Shown in pieces: positions 12,880 through 25,864 of a stretch of 64,000 bases of DNA. The notes under the pieces were generated by a model. The model was not told where the DNA came from, searched no databases, and saw only the letters and a list, made by a program, of their open reading frames with translations. How positions within the stretch are numbered: position 1 is the stretch's first letter; every line of letters begins with the position of its first letter. Source of the DNA: Prorocentrum cordatum (Eukaryota); the NCBI GenBank assembly GCA_963575745.1, contig CAUYUJ010000325.1, forward strand, positions 496,001-560,000, given 5' to 3'. Made by a program: the position numbers and the translations under genes.

Positions 12880-13520
12880 TATCCCGGGACATCTCCCGGG
12901 GAATCTTGCCCCTCGGAAATCTCGAGCCGTGGAAATCTCCCCGGAAATCTTGCCCCTCGGAAATCTACGAGGGAATCTCCCGGAAAATGTTGCCCCCCAG
13001 AACCCCCCCTGCAAATGTACTCGGAAATTGTGTGTGTTCGATTTTTTGCTTCCGAACAGAAAATGCGCCCCTCGCAGAAACCTCCGGCACCCCCCCGGGA
13101 AATCTCTCTCGCGCGCATCGCCTACAAATTCCAAGCACACCCCGCATGCCCGAAAAACGACCCCAACAATCACAGAAATCCCCGGGAAATCTTCCGGAAA
13201 ATCGTGCCCGTCGGAAATCTCAATTGATTTGTTTCGGAAATCTCGCCCCTCGGAAATCCCCGTCGAACTCTCTTGGAAAATTGCGCCCCTCGGGCACCCC
13301 CATGGAAATGCAAGACGCGCCCTGGAAATCTCCGGAAAATATCCCGGGAAATCTTGCCCCTCGGAAATCTCAATGGAAGTCTCGCCCCGCGGAAATCTCC
13401 GTGGAAATCGCCCGGGAAATCTTGCCCCTCGGGAATCCCATTGGAAATGTGTCAGGAAATACCCCGTTGTCTCCCATGGGGAATCCCCCTGAAAATCCAC
13501 CGGGGAAGCTCCCCGAAAAT
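12880..13520. repeat. Degenerate tandem repeat built on GGAAATCT(T/C)GCCCCTC
   Basis: More than 10 recurrences of GGAAATC and GCCCCTCGG motifs with irregular spacing. Confidence 0.75.
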
Positions 13521-14904
13521 CGCGCCCTTTCGGGTGCCTCCACGGGCAGCCTCCGGAGGCAATTCCAACCTTGAAGCGGAAATCCCCAAGGGGATCTCCC
13601 CCGGACCCCCGCGAACCCCCCCAAACAAAAACTGCGTCTGGCGAACTTTATCCAATGAGTCGGGCCCTGCGAAAGACGCCCCTTGGTTGACTCCAAAGGA
13701 ATCCAACTGGATTGCTTCGGCAACCCTCTGGAGACTGGCGGGCGGCGAAAAGCAGCGATTGCTGGGAATGAATCTGGCCGGAATCAGCGGAGGGTGGGGC
13801 CGCGGGAAAATCGCTGCACACCCTCGGAAAAGGCCGCGGGAGAGCATGCCCTCGAGGGAACTGCAAGAACACTTTGCACGTGCCCTTCGGCCCCCTGGCG
13901 CGGCCCGCGGACGCGCGGCCGCCCCGCCCCCTCGCGCCCGCCCCTCCGCGGGCCGCGCGGCCGCGCGAGCACGTGCGGGCGCTCTCGCAGAGCAGCCAAG
14001 CGCTCTCGGCCTCTCCCACCACATTCCGCCAAAACGCGGTTCGTCCCCCTCTCCCGCATCCGCGCGCGCTCAGGCGCCCGCGGCGAAGTCGCCGGCCCCG
14101 CCCCTCGCGCGGCGCGTCGGGCAGGCCCCCGGCGCAAGATGCCCTGCCCCATCGAAGGCGGCCCCGCGCCCCGAGCGAGCGGCGGGCCCGACCCGCCAAA
14201 CAACGGCGCCGCCCGCGCGCCGCGGCCCGCGGCCGCCGCGCGCGCGGAGCCGTCGCGGGCCGGGGCCGCCCTGGGCGGCAGCACCGTCGCCCCCGCGGGC
14301 GCGGCCCACATCGGCTCCGAAAATGAGCGCGGGGGCGCGGCGCGCAGCGGCCCCGCCCCCCGCCGCGCAGCGCCGTGGAATTCACAGCACGCGGAATACA
14401 ATCATAATCAGGATGAGGACGGACAGCGCGCTCCAAGGCACCGCGGCACCCTTCCCTCTTCGACCCGATATTTGCCACTTCTGCTGGCCAGCCCCTCACT
14501 ATGTCCGCGGGGCAGGCCACGCCCCGCGGCCGCGCGGTGCGACGCCCCTTCGGGCTGAACCCTAAGGATGCGCGATGGGCAGGGCGCCCCGCGCCACCCT
14601 CGAGCACTTCGTCGCTGCGTCGCCGTCGAGGGGGGCCGCGTTCTAGGGGGTGTGCGATGGGCAGGGCGCTGCGCGCGTTCCGTGCCCTCCAGCTCGCAGG
14701 TGGGCGCGGCCCCACTGATGCGCGATCGGCAGGGTATCCTTGGCCATGGGCCGCCCTTGCCCCCCCCCCTTTCGACGGGGGGCCGCGGCCCCGGGGACGC
14801 GCGGCGAGCTGGGCGCCCGCGCCCCCCCCCCCCCTCCCCCCCCCCCCCCACCCCCCGCCACCACCGCCACCGCCCGGCCGCCGCACCGCCACCACCGCGC
14901 GCTG

Positions 14905-15222
14905 CGCACTCACCCACGCACGCACACACGCACGCACGCACGCACGCACGCACACACGCACGCACGCACGCACGTACACACACACAACACACACACCACA
15001 CACACAAACACATTAAACACACACACACACACACACACGCACGCACGCACCACGCACGCTCGCACCACACGCACACACGACGCGGCACACGCACACACAC
15101 GCACACAGTCACCACGCACACGTCACACACGCACACAAAACAACGCACACACACCACCACACCCACCACCACCACCACCACCACCACCGCCGCACCACAT
15201 CACACACGCACCACACACACCG
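14905..15222. repeat. Compound (CACG)n/(CA)n/(CAC)n microsatellite
   Basis: Seen directly. Confidence 0.9.
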
Positions 15223-15812
15223 CGTGAATGAATGGCCGTCGCTAGCAGTAATAGCGCCGCCGCGCCCTCAGGCGGGAGTCGAGGCGCGCGACAATTCCGC
15301 CGTCGATCTGCCCCCCGAAGCCGAAAGAGAGAAAGAAGAAGACACCAAAAACAAAAAAAAAAAACAATGACCCAGACCGCTGCGCGGGGGGCAGCGGGGG
15401 GCGGTGGTGGCACGTTTTTTTTTTTGGGGGGGGGGGGAGACAACCGCGACCCGCGGCACTAATATGCGCCGAGCCTAGAATAAACGAACTACCAACGCCA
15501 AGATGTGCTTAGAAGTGGCGCTGCGAAATCTATTGCGCGGGCCTGGGCAACCAGAACCATCAGCAGAATCCATTGCGCAGGCCCCGACATTCATAATCGC
15601 AACACATGACGCGCAATATTCAAATATTCGACCCTGGTCTGATATACCCTAATTATGCCCACCTGTTCTCGCCAATTCCACAAACCAAGACGTTCTGCAC
15701 AGCTCAGATACATCCTAATCCGCGCCATCGGGTTCGACGCGGATTCCCCCCGCGGGGGGCCCTTTAGTGGAGGGCAACAATAAGACTCCAGTGAAGGAGG
15801 CGCGCATGAACA

Positions 15813-17208
15813 TTTCCCAACCATCCTATGGCGTTGGGTCGTCGTTTTGAAGAGACAGCGCCCCGCGTTCACTCCTTCCTCCCTCTGTCCCCTCCCTCCC
15901 CCCACTACCACAGCGCGCCCCATCGCACGTTTCGTGGCCCCATCCATAGGGAGCTCCACCGAGGGCCCCAGTGGCTGCGTTGGCATCGCAGCACCGCGCA
16001 CATTTCGGCACACCCCTCAGACGTTTCGTGGCTCCACAGGGAGCTCCACCGAGGGCCTCAGTGGCTGCGTTGGCATGGCGGCACCGCACGCATTTCGGCA
16101 CACCCCTCACACGTTTCGTGGCCCCATAGGGAGCTCCACCGAGGGCCCCAGTGGCTGCGTTGGCATGGCGGCACCGCACACATTTCGGCACACCCCCCAC
16201 ACGCTTCGTGGCCCCATAGGGAGCTCCACCGAGGGCCCCAGTGGCTGCGTTGGCATGGCGGCACCGCACACATTTCGGCACACCCCTCACACGTTTCGTG
16301 GCCCCATAAGGAGCTCCACCGAGGGCCTCAGTGGCTGCGTTGGCATGGCTGCACCGCACCCATTTCGGCACACCCCTCACACGTTTCGTGGCCCCATACG
16401 GAGCTCCACCGAGGGCCCCAGTGGCTGCGTTGGCATGGCGGCACCGCGCCCATTTCGGCACACCCCTCACGCGCTTCGTGGCCCCATAGGGAGCTCCACC
16501 GAGGGCCCCAGTGGCTGCGTTGGCACGCCGGCACCGCACGCATTTCGGCACACCCTTCACGCGCTTCGTGGCCCCATAGGGAGCTCCACCGAGGGCCCCA
16601 ATGGCTGCGCTGGCATGGCGGCACCGCACCCATTTCGGCACACCCCTCACACGTTTCGTGGCCCCATAGGGAGCTCCACCGAGAGCCCCAGTGGCTGCGT
16701 TGGCATGGCGGCACCGCGAACATTTCGGCACACTCCTCACGCGTTTTGTTGCCCCATAGGGAGCTCCACCGAGGGCCCCAGTGGCTGCGTTGGCATGGCG
16801 GCACCGCACCCATGTCGGCACACCCCTCACACGTTTCGTGGCCCCGTAGGGAGCTCCTCCGAGGGCCCCAGCGGCTGCGTTGGCACGGCGGCACCGCACC
16901 CATTTCGGCACACCCCTCACACGTTTCGTCGCCGAGGGCCCAGGTCAACGCTTCGTGGCCCCATAGGGAGCTCCACTGAAGGCCCCAGTGCTACCGCCCG
17001 CATGCGTCCCGCACGCCCAGGACAGCGCTTCGTGGCCCCATAGGGAGCTCCACCGAAGGCCCCAGTGCTACCGCCCGCATGCGTCCCGCACGCCCAGGAC
17101 GGCGTTTCGCGGCGCACCTTTCGTGGCCCCATAGGGAGCCCCACCGGAAGCGGCACCCACAAAGCGATATTCACAATTGCATATGGTTTGGTCCTTCGCC
17201 AGGATAAT
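15813..17208 (-). mobile_element. Family A element, complete: two 77-bp units plus eleven 90-bp units
   Basis: Minus strand starts AAAAATTATCCTGGCGAAGGACCAAACCATATG and ends CTCTTCAAAACGACGACCCAACGCCATAGGATGGTTGGGAAA. GAGGGCCCCAGTGG-like motifs fall at an exact 90-bp period from 15961 to 16861. Confidence 0.85.
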
Positions 17209-17214
17209 TTTTGT

Positions 17215-17445
17215 GGCACGTTGCGATATGATTCCTTTCGTGGCGGGTTTCAATAGGGCGCATTTAGTGCATGGTTTCAATGGGATTCCTTGCGTAGGGG
17301 ATTACAATAGGATTCCGTTTATGGACGATGGCAATGGGATTCTTTCTGTGGAGGACTACAGCACGATTCCTTGCGTGACGGACTTCAACGGGGGGTATAC
17401 GCTAAGACTCCTTTTGTGAAAGGTTACACTAGGATTCCTGACCAC
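17215..17445 (+). repeat. Degenerate 27-bp AT-richer minisatellite
   Basis: GATTC(C/T) at 17284, 17311, 17338, 17365. Same family as 21995-22290. Confidence 0.75.
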
Positions 17446-17627
17446 GATGGAAACCACCGCAACCGCAAGTTCACAAAAAGATTCCATGACGGGCGCAATC
17501 CCAAATTTACATGGCAGCGTTTCGCACTTGCACTCACGGTTCACTCTGCACTGCGCGCAGCGCATGCAATTACACGCGCCTTCGCCTTGCAAACATCACC
17601 CCAGGAACCATCTTAATAACACCAAAG

Positions 17628-19595
17628 GTGACCTGTGGGACCTGCGGGACCTGTGGAACCTGCCGGAATTGGGAGAAATGTTGGGAGCGTGAGCCCTGTG
17701 GAACTTGTGGGAGCTGTGCGGGCTGCGGTAGCTGTGGGACCTGAGGGACCTGCGAGACCTGTGGGACCCTTGGGACCTGTGGGACGCGTGGGCCTGGTGG
17801 GACCTGTGGGGCCTTCGAAATTGCAAAACTTGTCGTCCCTGCGAGACCTGTGGGACCTGTGGGACCTGCGGGGCTTGCGCCACCTGCGACACCTGCCTGA
17901 CCTGTCGGACCTGTAGGACCTGAGGGACTCGTAGGACCTGTGGGACCTGCAGGACCTGCGATACCAGTGGGACCTGTGGCGCCTGTGGCACCTGTAGGCC
18001 CCGTGGGACCTGCGGAACTTGCGGGGCCTGCGGGACCGGCGCGACATGTGGGACCTGTGGGACCTGTGGGACCGGAGGGGCTGGGTGGACCTGTGGGGCC
18101 TGTGGGACCTGTAGGGCCTGAGGGGCCTGTGGGGCATGCGTCGCCTGTGGGACGTGTGGGACATGCGGGACCTGCGCGACCTGCGAAACCTGTGGGACCT
18201 GCGGGTCCTGCGGAACCTGCGGGACCTGCGGACCCCGTGGCCCTTGTAGGACCTGTAAGCCCTATCGGGCCTGTGGGACCTGTGGGGCCTTCGGGGCATG
18301 TGGGACCTGGGGGGACTGGGACTTGCGGGGCCTGCGGGACTTGCCAGACCTACGAGGCCTGCGGGGCTTGCGGGACTTGTAGGACCTGTGGGACATGTGG
18401 GGCATGTGGGACTTGTGGGACATGTGGGATATGCTGGGCCTGCGGGATTTGTGGGACCTGCGCGACCTGCGGGACTTGTGGGACTCGTGGGACCTGTGCT
18501 GGCGGCGGGACCTGTCGGACCTGCGGGACCTGTGGGACCCGGGGGGCCTGTGGGACCTGTGGGACCTGAGGGACCTGGGAGACCTGCGGAACCTGTGGGA
18601 CCTGTGAGAGCTGCGGGACCTGCGGGACATGTGCGACCGGTGGACCTGCGAGAACCTGTGAAACCTGTGGGGTCATTCATACCTGTGGGACCTGTGGCAC
18701 CTGCGGACCTGCGGGACCTGCGGGTCCTGTGGGACCTGTTGGACCTATGGGTCCTCTGGGACCTACGGGACCTGTGGGAATTGCGGGACATGCGGGACCT
18801 GCGAGACCTTTAAAACCTGTAAGACCCGTGGGGCCTGCGGAACCTGTGGGACGTGCGGGACCTGCATGTGGGACCTGTGGGACCTGCGGGGCCTGCGGGG
18901 CCTATGGAGTATGCGGGACTGGCGGGTCCTGCGCGACCTGCGAGACCTGTGGGACCTACGGACCCTGTGGATCCTGTGGGGCCTGCGGGACCTGTGGGGC
19001 TCGTGGGACCTGTAGGACCTGTGGGACCTGTGGGACCCAGTGGGACCTGCGGGACCTGCGGGGCCTGCGGGGCCTGCGGGACCTGCGAGACCTGCGCGAC
19101 ACGCGGGACCTGCGGAACCTGTGGAACCTATGGGACATGTGAAACATGTGGGACCTGTGGGGCCTGTGGGACCTGTGGGGCCCGCGAGGCCTGTGGGACC
19201 CTTGGGACCTGTGGGACGTGTGGGACCTGTAGGACCTGCGAGACCTGTGGGACCTTTGGCACCTTCTTTGCGACTTGTGGGTCCTGTGGGACCTGTAAGA
19301 CCTGTAGGACCTGTGGGACCTGTGGGACCTGCGGGACCTGTGACACCTGCAAGACCTTGGGACCGGTGGGATCTGTTGGGCCTGAGGGACCTGTGGGACC
19401 TGTGGGACCTGCGGGACCTGCGGGACCTCCGGGACCTGTGGCACCTGTGGCACCTGTGCGGCCTGTGGGACCTGCGGGACCTGCGGGACCTGCGGGACCG
19501 GCGAGACCTTCGAGACCTGCGGGACCCGTGGGACCTATGGGACCTGTGGGACATCTGGGACACGTGGGACCTGTGGAACCTGTGGGACCTGTGAC
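17628..19595 (+). repeat. About 2-kb 9-bp minisatellite (GGACCTG[T/C]G)n
   Basis: Seen directly. Frame switches and stops rule out one intact collagen-like ORF. Confidence 0.95.
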
Positions 19596-19984
19596 CGCCG
19601 AGGACCCAAGTAAGGCCCTGAATTCTGGGACCGCCAGGCACCCAAGTAAGGACCTTACTTGGGACCCCGGGAATTCCTTATTAAATTTGGTGGATCGACA
19701 GATGTCTCGCACTTTGGGACCATCGAGGCCCCCCGGGGGGCATTTATTAAGGAACCAGAAGTTTCCTTACGTCCACCATGTTTTCTTGGAGCGGAAAGAC
19801 CCAAAGTTCAAACGTCCCGGCGTGGCCGTCGGAGGCCCCCAACCAGCCACCCAGCTTGGAAACGCGCGGCAAATGTTTCGCCGAGGCTGAACGCGACTCT
19901 GCTGCCGTCGCCACCGTAGCTGCACTGCATCCGGTGATCCACTGGCCTCAGGGCCCCGAAGAGTAAGCCTCCTAGCGGTGTCCT

Positions 19985-20690
19985 GACGACCTCCTGGAAT
20001 CTGGGGGGAGACCGCCGGGGGACCTCCCCTGGTCCTCTTGGGGGCCTCCCGCAAACTTCCAGAAGGGGGCTGGGAGGTCTCCCAGAAGCTTTTTCTGGTC
20101 CTTGCAAGCCTGCTGGGAATCCTCCCCGAGGACCAGGGTCCGGGAGCCTCCCCCAGACCTCGAAATCTGGCAGGGCTCCCTCCAAGGGGAAACTTCCGGG
20201 GAGACCAGGGGAGGCCCCCTGGAAACCTCCCCTGGTCCTCCCGGGGCGCTGGGGGGAAACTTGGTGGAGGACCAGGTGAGGTCTCCTGGAAGCTTCCCCT
20301 GGCCCTCCCGAAAGCCTCCCACAGGAGACCTCCCCCCTGCGGGAACTCTCATCGGAGGCTTCCAGGTGAACCAGGGGAAGCCTCCCAGAGACCTCCCCTG
20401 GTCGTCCCGGAAGCCTGGGGGAGGCCTCGCCTGGTGCTCCCAGGGGCCGTGGGAAGCCTCTCGCCACACCTTGTGGAAACCAAGGGAAGCCTCCGGAAGG
20501 CCTCCCCAAGCCCTCGGGGGGATCAGGGGGAGGTCTCCAGGAGAACCAGAGGAAGTCTGGTGGAGGCCCCCTCCACCTCGCCGGAGGAGGGCCCGCTGGG
20601 AGGTCTGGTCGACGTGGAAGGGGGGCATCCCACCAGACCTGTTGGAGGTGGAAGGGAGGTCTGGTACCAGACCTAGTGGGGTTGGGGGTA
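19985..20690. repeat. Degenerate repeat of GAAGCCTCCC/GAGACCTCCCCTGGTC motifs
   Basis: Recurrent motifs in both orientations. Confidence 0.6.
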
Positions 20691-21994
20691 ACTGAAGACC
20701 CAACCCAGGCAAAGCAAGAAAACCAGCATGGAGGCGAACGCGGCCCAAGACGGCACCAAGATACCCCCCAGGCAACTCACGACGGCCCAAGAGGGCCCCT
20801 AATGTCCCAGGTAGCCCCATATACGACTCAAGAGTGTCCCAGGAGGCCCCCATGACAACCCGACAGTAACCCATGACATGCCACATGTTGTCCATGTGTG
20901 CCAGGCTGCCACGTGAGAACCCCAGGAGACGCAATAATGAGACAAGGAGAACGAAATGGAAGAAGGGAGGGTGACAACATGGGGGACGTGGGAAGAGGGA
21001 GGGCGACGACGTAGACGAAGGAGTGCGCCCCGAAGCGGCGCGGAAGAGCGCGTCACATGTTGCGGCCCTTGCAAGGCTATGGGCGACGACATGTCGCGCG
21101 GTATTGCTTTCGTGGCGGTGCTCGAAGACTCGCCACGCCGAATGCTGCGCGGTCGCGGCGCGCGGGACTTGCCGCGCACAGATCGGCACGACGCACGCGC
21201 CGTGGTCTCTACCACAACCGCGCGACGCGTATGATTTGTCAACAATGTCGCGCCCTCCACGAGCGGACCCGGGCCCTCCACTTTGAGACGTGCGCAATAA
21301 AACACCATCAAAACATAATGCGAGTAGACGAGGGGGAAAGCAACCAGAAGAGGTCGCGCGAAAGGTGGACAACAAATGAACAATGCTCACAAAAAAAAAT
21401 CACATGCGCAAGCGCCCAACGAAACAAACTTATAGACACTCCAACAATTTGGCGTGCCGCGAAGAAGGGAAAAGGGGCGGGGGGCCCGCGTGCCCACGAG
21501 GAACAAACTTAACGGCATGGTAATCGCTACTGGACACGCCGTCACGCAGAGCCGCTCTGACAACACACACGCACACGGGCGCATCATCGCGCAAAAGCGG
21601 CCGAACCACGCCGCGCGAAGCATCGCTGCGCCAAGGCGATCCGCCCATGCAAAACACGCGCAAATGGCATCCGAAAAGAGCGTTACGCGCCGCGCAAAAA
21701 AATATGGCGCGGTGCCGCAACAATCAGGCGGCAACGAATGTAAACTCCTCTGAACTGCGCGAACGCGCGTCGTGTTAAACAGGCCGCGCCGCGCAGGCAC
21801 GCCACTCGGTCTCGCGCCAGCGCGTCGAAGGGAAGGTCTGCGGGAGACGCTCTGCAAGTGGCAATGAAGCAACCCCACGAGAACGCGATACATGTGAAAT
21901 CGAAACACGTGCCAACAGTAACCGCGACAACAGAACAACCAACAAAAAATCATTTTAAAGAAACATCCATAACTTCCAGTTGCGGTGGTTTCTT

Positions 21995-22290
21995 GCGCGG
22001 TCAATTCCTGTTGTGGGGGGTTACACTAGATGTCCTTGTGTAGCGGATTTCAATAGGATTCCGTTATTGGAGGCTGACATTAGGACTCCTTGTGTAGAGG
22101 ATTTCAATAGGTTCCCCAATGGATTGTATAACAAGATTCCTCTTGTGGATGATTACAATGCGGCTCCGTTTATATTATAGGATTACACTCGGACTCCGTT
22201 TGTGGAGGGTTACAACATGATTCCTTATGTAAAAGATTACAACTGGATTCCTCGCGTGGAAAATTACAATGGGATTCCGTTTGTGGACAT
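21995..22290 (+). repeat. Degenerate 27-bp minisatellite (second copy)
   Basis: GATTACAA...GATTCC periodicity, visible as a 9-aa repeat in the ORF track (DYNWIPRVE/NYNGIPFVD). Confidence 0.75.
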
Positions 22291-22525
22291 TCTCGCGCGG
22301 GCGGAATGTCCGGGAGATTTCGCCGGAGATTTGGCCGGAGATTTGGCCGGGGCCCCTAACCTCGGGGGAGCTGTCTGGAGATTTCGCCGGACATTTCGCC
22401 GGAGATTTCCGCCGCCGGAGATCCGAGGGGCCCCCGCCACTGCTGCCGGAGATTCAGGGGGGGAATTCTGGGAGAATTCTGGGAGATTCCTGGGGGGGCG
22501 AAAGGTGTTCATACACCCGATCTAA
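22286..22525 (+). mobile_element. Short dispersed element with GGAGATTTCGCC repeats; paralog at 27442-27716
   Basis: Both copies start ATTCT.GCGCG.GC.GAATG and end GATCTAA, with colinear internal motifs. Confidence 0.65.
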
Positions 22526-23700
22526 GCCTCGGCGCACTGCTCGGCAGTAGCGTCGGCGCACGTCTGCTTGAGGACATCCTCACTCTGGATCTTCCCAGCC
22601 TTCACCCGTTTGCCGATGTCGACTGCCATTTTCGTTGCATCCGCCACGCGGCCCTCCTCGCGACAAGGAAAACTTGCCTTTTGCGCTCGACCCACGTAGA
22701 ATGAGAGGAGCACGCCCGTCTCGTTCACACCAGTGGCCCTGTCCTTGCGACATTTCACGGCAAGGTGCTGGCCGCCCCAGTCGCATTCGAATAACGGGGC
22801 CAATGTCATATTCTGGCCCGTTTTCGAGAGAGTCTCAAAGAGCTGCATGTCCTCGACGTTTATGCTTCATGCCGCCGACTATCAGCACAGTGCCATCTGG
22901 CCAAGTCCCCTACACTTCCTCTCCAGAAACATGAAAATCCTCGGTGTAGATCCTGCTCGTCTTGCCGATCTTCTTCGCCCGGGCGCCCTTGGCCACGCTC
23001 AGCCGCCGCGGCTGGAGCCCGAGGCTGAGCCCGAGGCCGCCGCTCGATCTCGCCGACGGCCCCCCCCCCCTGAGGCCGGGCCCTGGCCTGGCCCCTGGCA
23101 CGTCATGTCGCGGACCGTCGCGACGGGCATCTCCGCGTTGAACGCCGACGCCAACGATGCTGGCGATGCCGAGGTTGGCGGCGTCGAGGGAGCTGCGGCT
23201 GGCCTTTTGGCTGGACGGTCGCCGTCAGACTTCCCGACCGCGACGCGCCAGACGCGCGTCATCTTCCCAGTCCTCGTCATCGTCGTCGGCGCGGCACCTG
23301 CGCCCCCAGGCCTGGCGGCTTGCTGGTCGCCCCTGGCGGCCCAAGGAGCGGTCCGACGCTGCGAATGTATATTGGAGTCCATCGTTGTGGCCGAGCTCGC
23401 ACTGGATGCGCTGAGACAGAACGCCAGCGCCTCGCGGGTTTCCCCGCAAGGGGTCATCATCACGGAAGTTCCATGTTTGTCGGGTTGCAATAACCCGAGG
23501 ATAAAGCATGAATTGGATTCCCCCCTTCTGTTGCAAGAATAATGACTTCTGAATCCGCGGGCGTCGCCGCCACGTCGTCATCTCCTTCGGCGGGCATGTG
23601 GAAAATCTCGACAAATTCAATATCGGCAGGTTGCCCCGCGATGGGCATGCCCAGCCAGTCTCCCAGGTCGATCTCATTGTGGCCCGTGAATATCTCCCCG
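22522..23700 (-). pseudogene. Decayed intronless hypothetical protein (KRPAA-motif type)
   Basis: Broken frames AKRPAAAP ... GTWPDGTVLIVGG ... PLFECDWGGQHLAVKCRKDR...LLSFY...ATKMAVDIGKRVKAGKIQSEDVLK. Coding-like composition; resembles from memory a widespread dinoflagellate hypothetical family. Confidence 0.4.
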
Positions 23701-23899
23701 AACAGCTCGTCGGCTCAATTCCCCGAGGGACATACTGGCACTCAACTATCTGGCAGCCATGAAGTTCACAACTGCAACTGAGCTGCCAGCAGGGTCGGCC
23801 AAAAGTGACTCCCAGTCAACACATTGCATGTCCAAGTCAGTTTGAGCCAAATCAATCGACGGACCTCTGCCCCCCCCCCCCCCCCCCCCCCCCATCGCC

Positions 23900-25210
23900 C
23901 CGAGGGCGTTCGCGGCGCAAGTGCTGCGTGCTACGGCAGATGTCGCACTCCATAGTTTTACCGTTGGCACCCTTTGGGTTTCCCCGACGTCCTTTGCCTT
24001 TTTCCTGATGTGCGCCCACGGTTCCTGCCTGCACCTAGGAACATCTCCTCATATTGCGGACCAGTAAGGGGTGCTAGAAATGCCAGCATGCCTCTGCCAT
24101 GAAGTCGCCGCCATGCACCTTGACCCCTGCCTCGACCCTTGCCCTTTCCCCTGAGTGCCCGTCGGATAGTACGCAGTGCCGTGCGAACTAGCTTCTTCCT
24201 AAATCGCCTCCACCTGCGATTATGTTTCTGGTGCCCTACGAATAACCATTGCGCCTGTTGTTCTTCCGTGAGGTACGTGGGCATATCGGAGTAGTCTAGG
24301 GCGGCGGCCTCGTCGCCCGAACACGCGTCGGCGTCGGTGCCAGAATCGAAGTCGGACTCAGCAGGTTGCCCCGCTGGGCCCACCAGGGCAGCGGCATGCT
24401 CGGGGGCTGCCGCGCCGGGCGGCCCCCGAAACTGGGCCAAGGAGTCTTGCAAACCCGAGGCCGAAACACCATTCTGAATCAATTATGTGGTGGTCTCCGT
24501 TGGTTGCGGATCGTCATTCCCGACGCGATTAGCAAGTTGCCCTGCGCTGGCCTCAGCGTGGAAGGTCTCGGCACGGCGACAGCGACTGAAGATGCCACCA
24601 AAATTGCCAGGGGTTCTTTCAGCAATGTGGGCACATGACCTCACGCGTTCAAGTAGAGAGTCAAACTGTTGCTGGCCCCTCGGCACGCGGTGGTTTAGTG
24701 GCTGTAGGAGTTGCTGTGCGCGCGACGCCCCCACCCCAAGGGCTCTGAATGAGATAACTGTTAGAAGTTGGAAGTTGGGGATGTTGAAGCCTGTCGTTTC
24801 AGCTTCATGGCGGGCCATCGCGAAGCGTGCAACATTTTGTCGATCCGCCCCCCCGCATGGACTCGGAAGTCAATTAGAGCTGCACCAGAATTGAATTGGC
24901 GTTCCTCTTCTAGTCTCTCAAACTTCGTACTTAAGAAGAACATGATGTAGGTGGCGCCATCGGTATGCCGGCCACCTATGTTTATGCCGAAATGGATAAC
25001 TGCCGGGGGAACTCTCATGGCTATGGTCCGCGCGAGGCCTCCCAAGCCTCGCTGCAAGACTGCAGCTTGTTGGGAGGGCGTCATGGTGCCTGTGGTCACG
25101 TTGATCCAGGCATGCACCTCGCGAGCAAATTCGCGGGAAAATACTTGACCGGACGGGCCCCAATGGGGGCCGGTCGTCCTTGCGTCGTCTCCGCAACGCA
25201 TGTGTCCCAC
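23900..25210 (-). pseudogene. Gag of a copia-like LTR retrotransposon, frameshifted
   Basis: Colinear ORF pieces 24761-25393, 24483-24818, 23958-24482 and 23852-24034: capsid-like N-terminus, basic RRWRRF/GKGKG region, and a knuckle NPKGANGKTMECDICRSTQHLRRER (CX2CX4HX4C with the last Cys lost). Confidence 0.75.
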
Positions 25211-25864
25211 CGCACACCCGATAGCAACCCATGCGAGCCCAATGATAGCTATACCAATCCAATGGCCTCGTAGGTCGTAGTCGGATATGGTTGGTTCGGG
25301 ATTACGGTGCGGTCGTAAGCCTGCGCGGGGGGTGGAGGCGGCACAATGTCGCATCGCATGTTTCCATGCAATATGTCTCCCAAGAAGTTTCAAATTGGAG
25401 TAGGTGGGTGGACTTCAGGAATGTGGTAACGCGGGGATGTAGGACGCGAGTAAGAGGCCTCTGCGTAGGAGAGGTATCACTGCAAGTGTCCTTGCTATGT
25501 TGCGTAGTTATATACATTCCTCCGCGCAAACCCACTACACCCTGATGTTCCACCACGTCAGTCGTCCACCAGATAATGTCATGGATGGCGCAGAATAGAG
25601 CGAGAGCTGACCACCACAGGCCAGCTTCGCTACCAAGTTCGAATGGGGTTGGGAGGCCCAACCAGCAGCTTCGCCTCAGGCCAAGCCCAGATTCAGATCC
25701 AACTCTGTTGTACCGTGGAAACGACAGTCCCGGTAGTACGAGGCGAATCATCTCAAGCAATGTTGGTATCGATGGCAAGTCATACACCTCGCACTGCCGC
25801 TTTGAGCCAAGCGGCCGCGGGCGCACGCTCGTTCCCACTCGCCTGTATCCCCAGCTCACTTTAG

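Noticed and set aside
11600..14700. Long ORFs (up to 592 aa) in the very GC-rich region
   Set aside because: Overlapping ORFs on both strands with R/A/P/G-biased composition reflect stop-codon scarcity; no domain motifs.
15925..16930. Core-plus-variable array as CRISPR-like repeat/spacer
   Set aside because: The variable segments are near-identical within the array, so it is a plain tandem repeat.
17628..19641. Collagen-like protein gene
   Set aside because: DNA-level 9-bp periodicity with frame switches, ORFs in all frames, and no signal peptide or globular domain.
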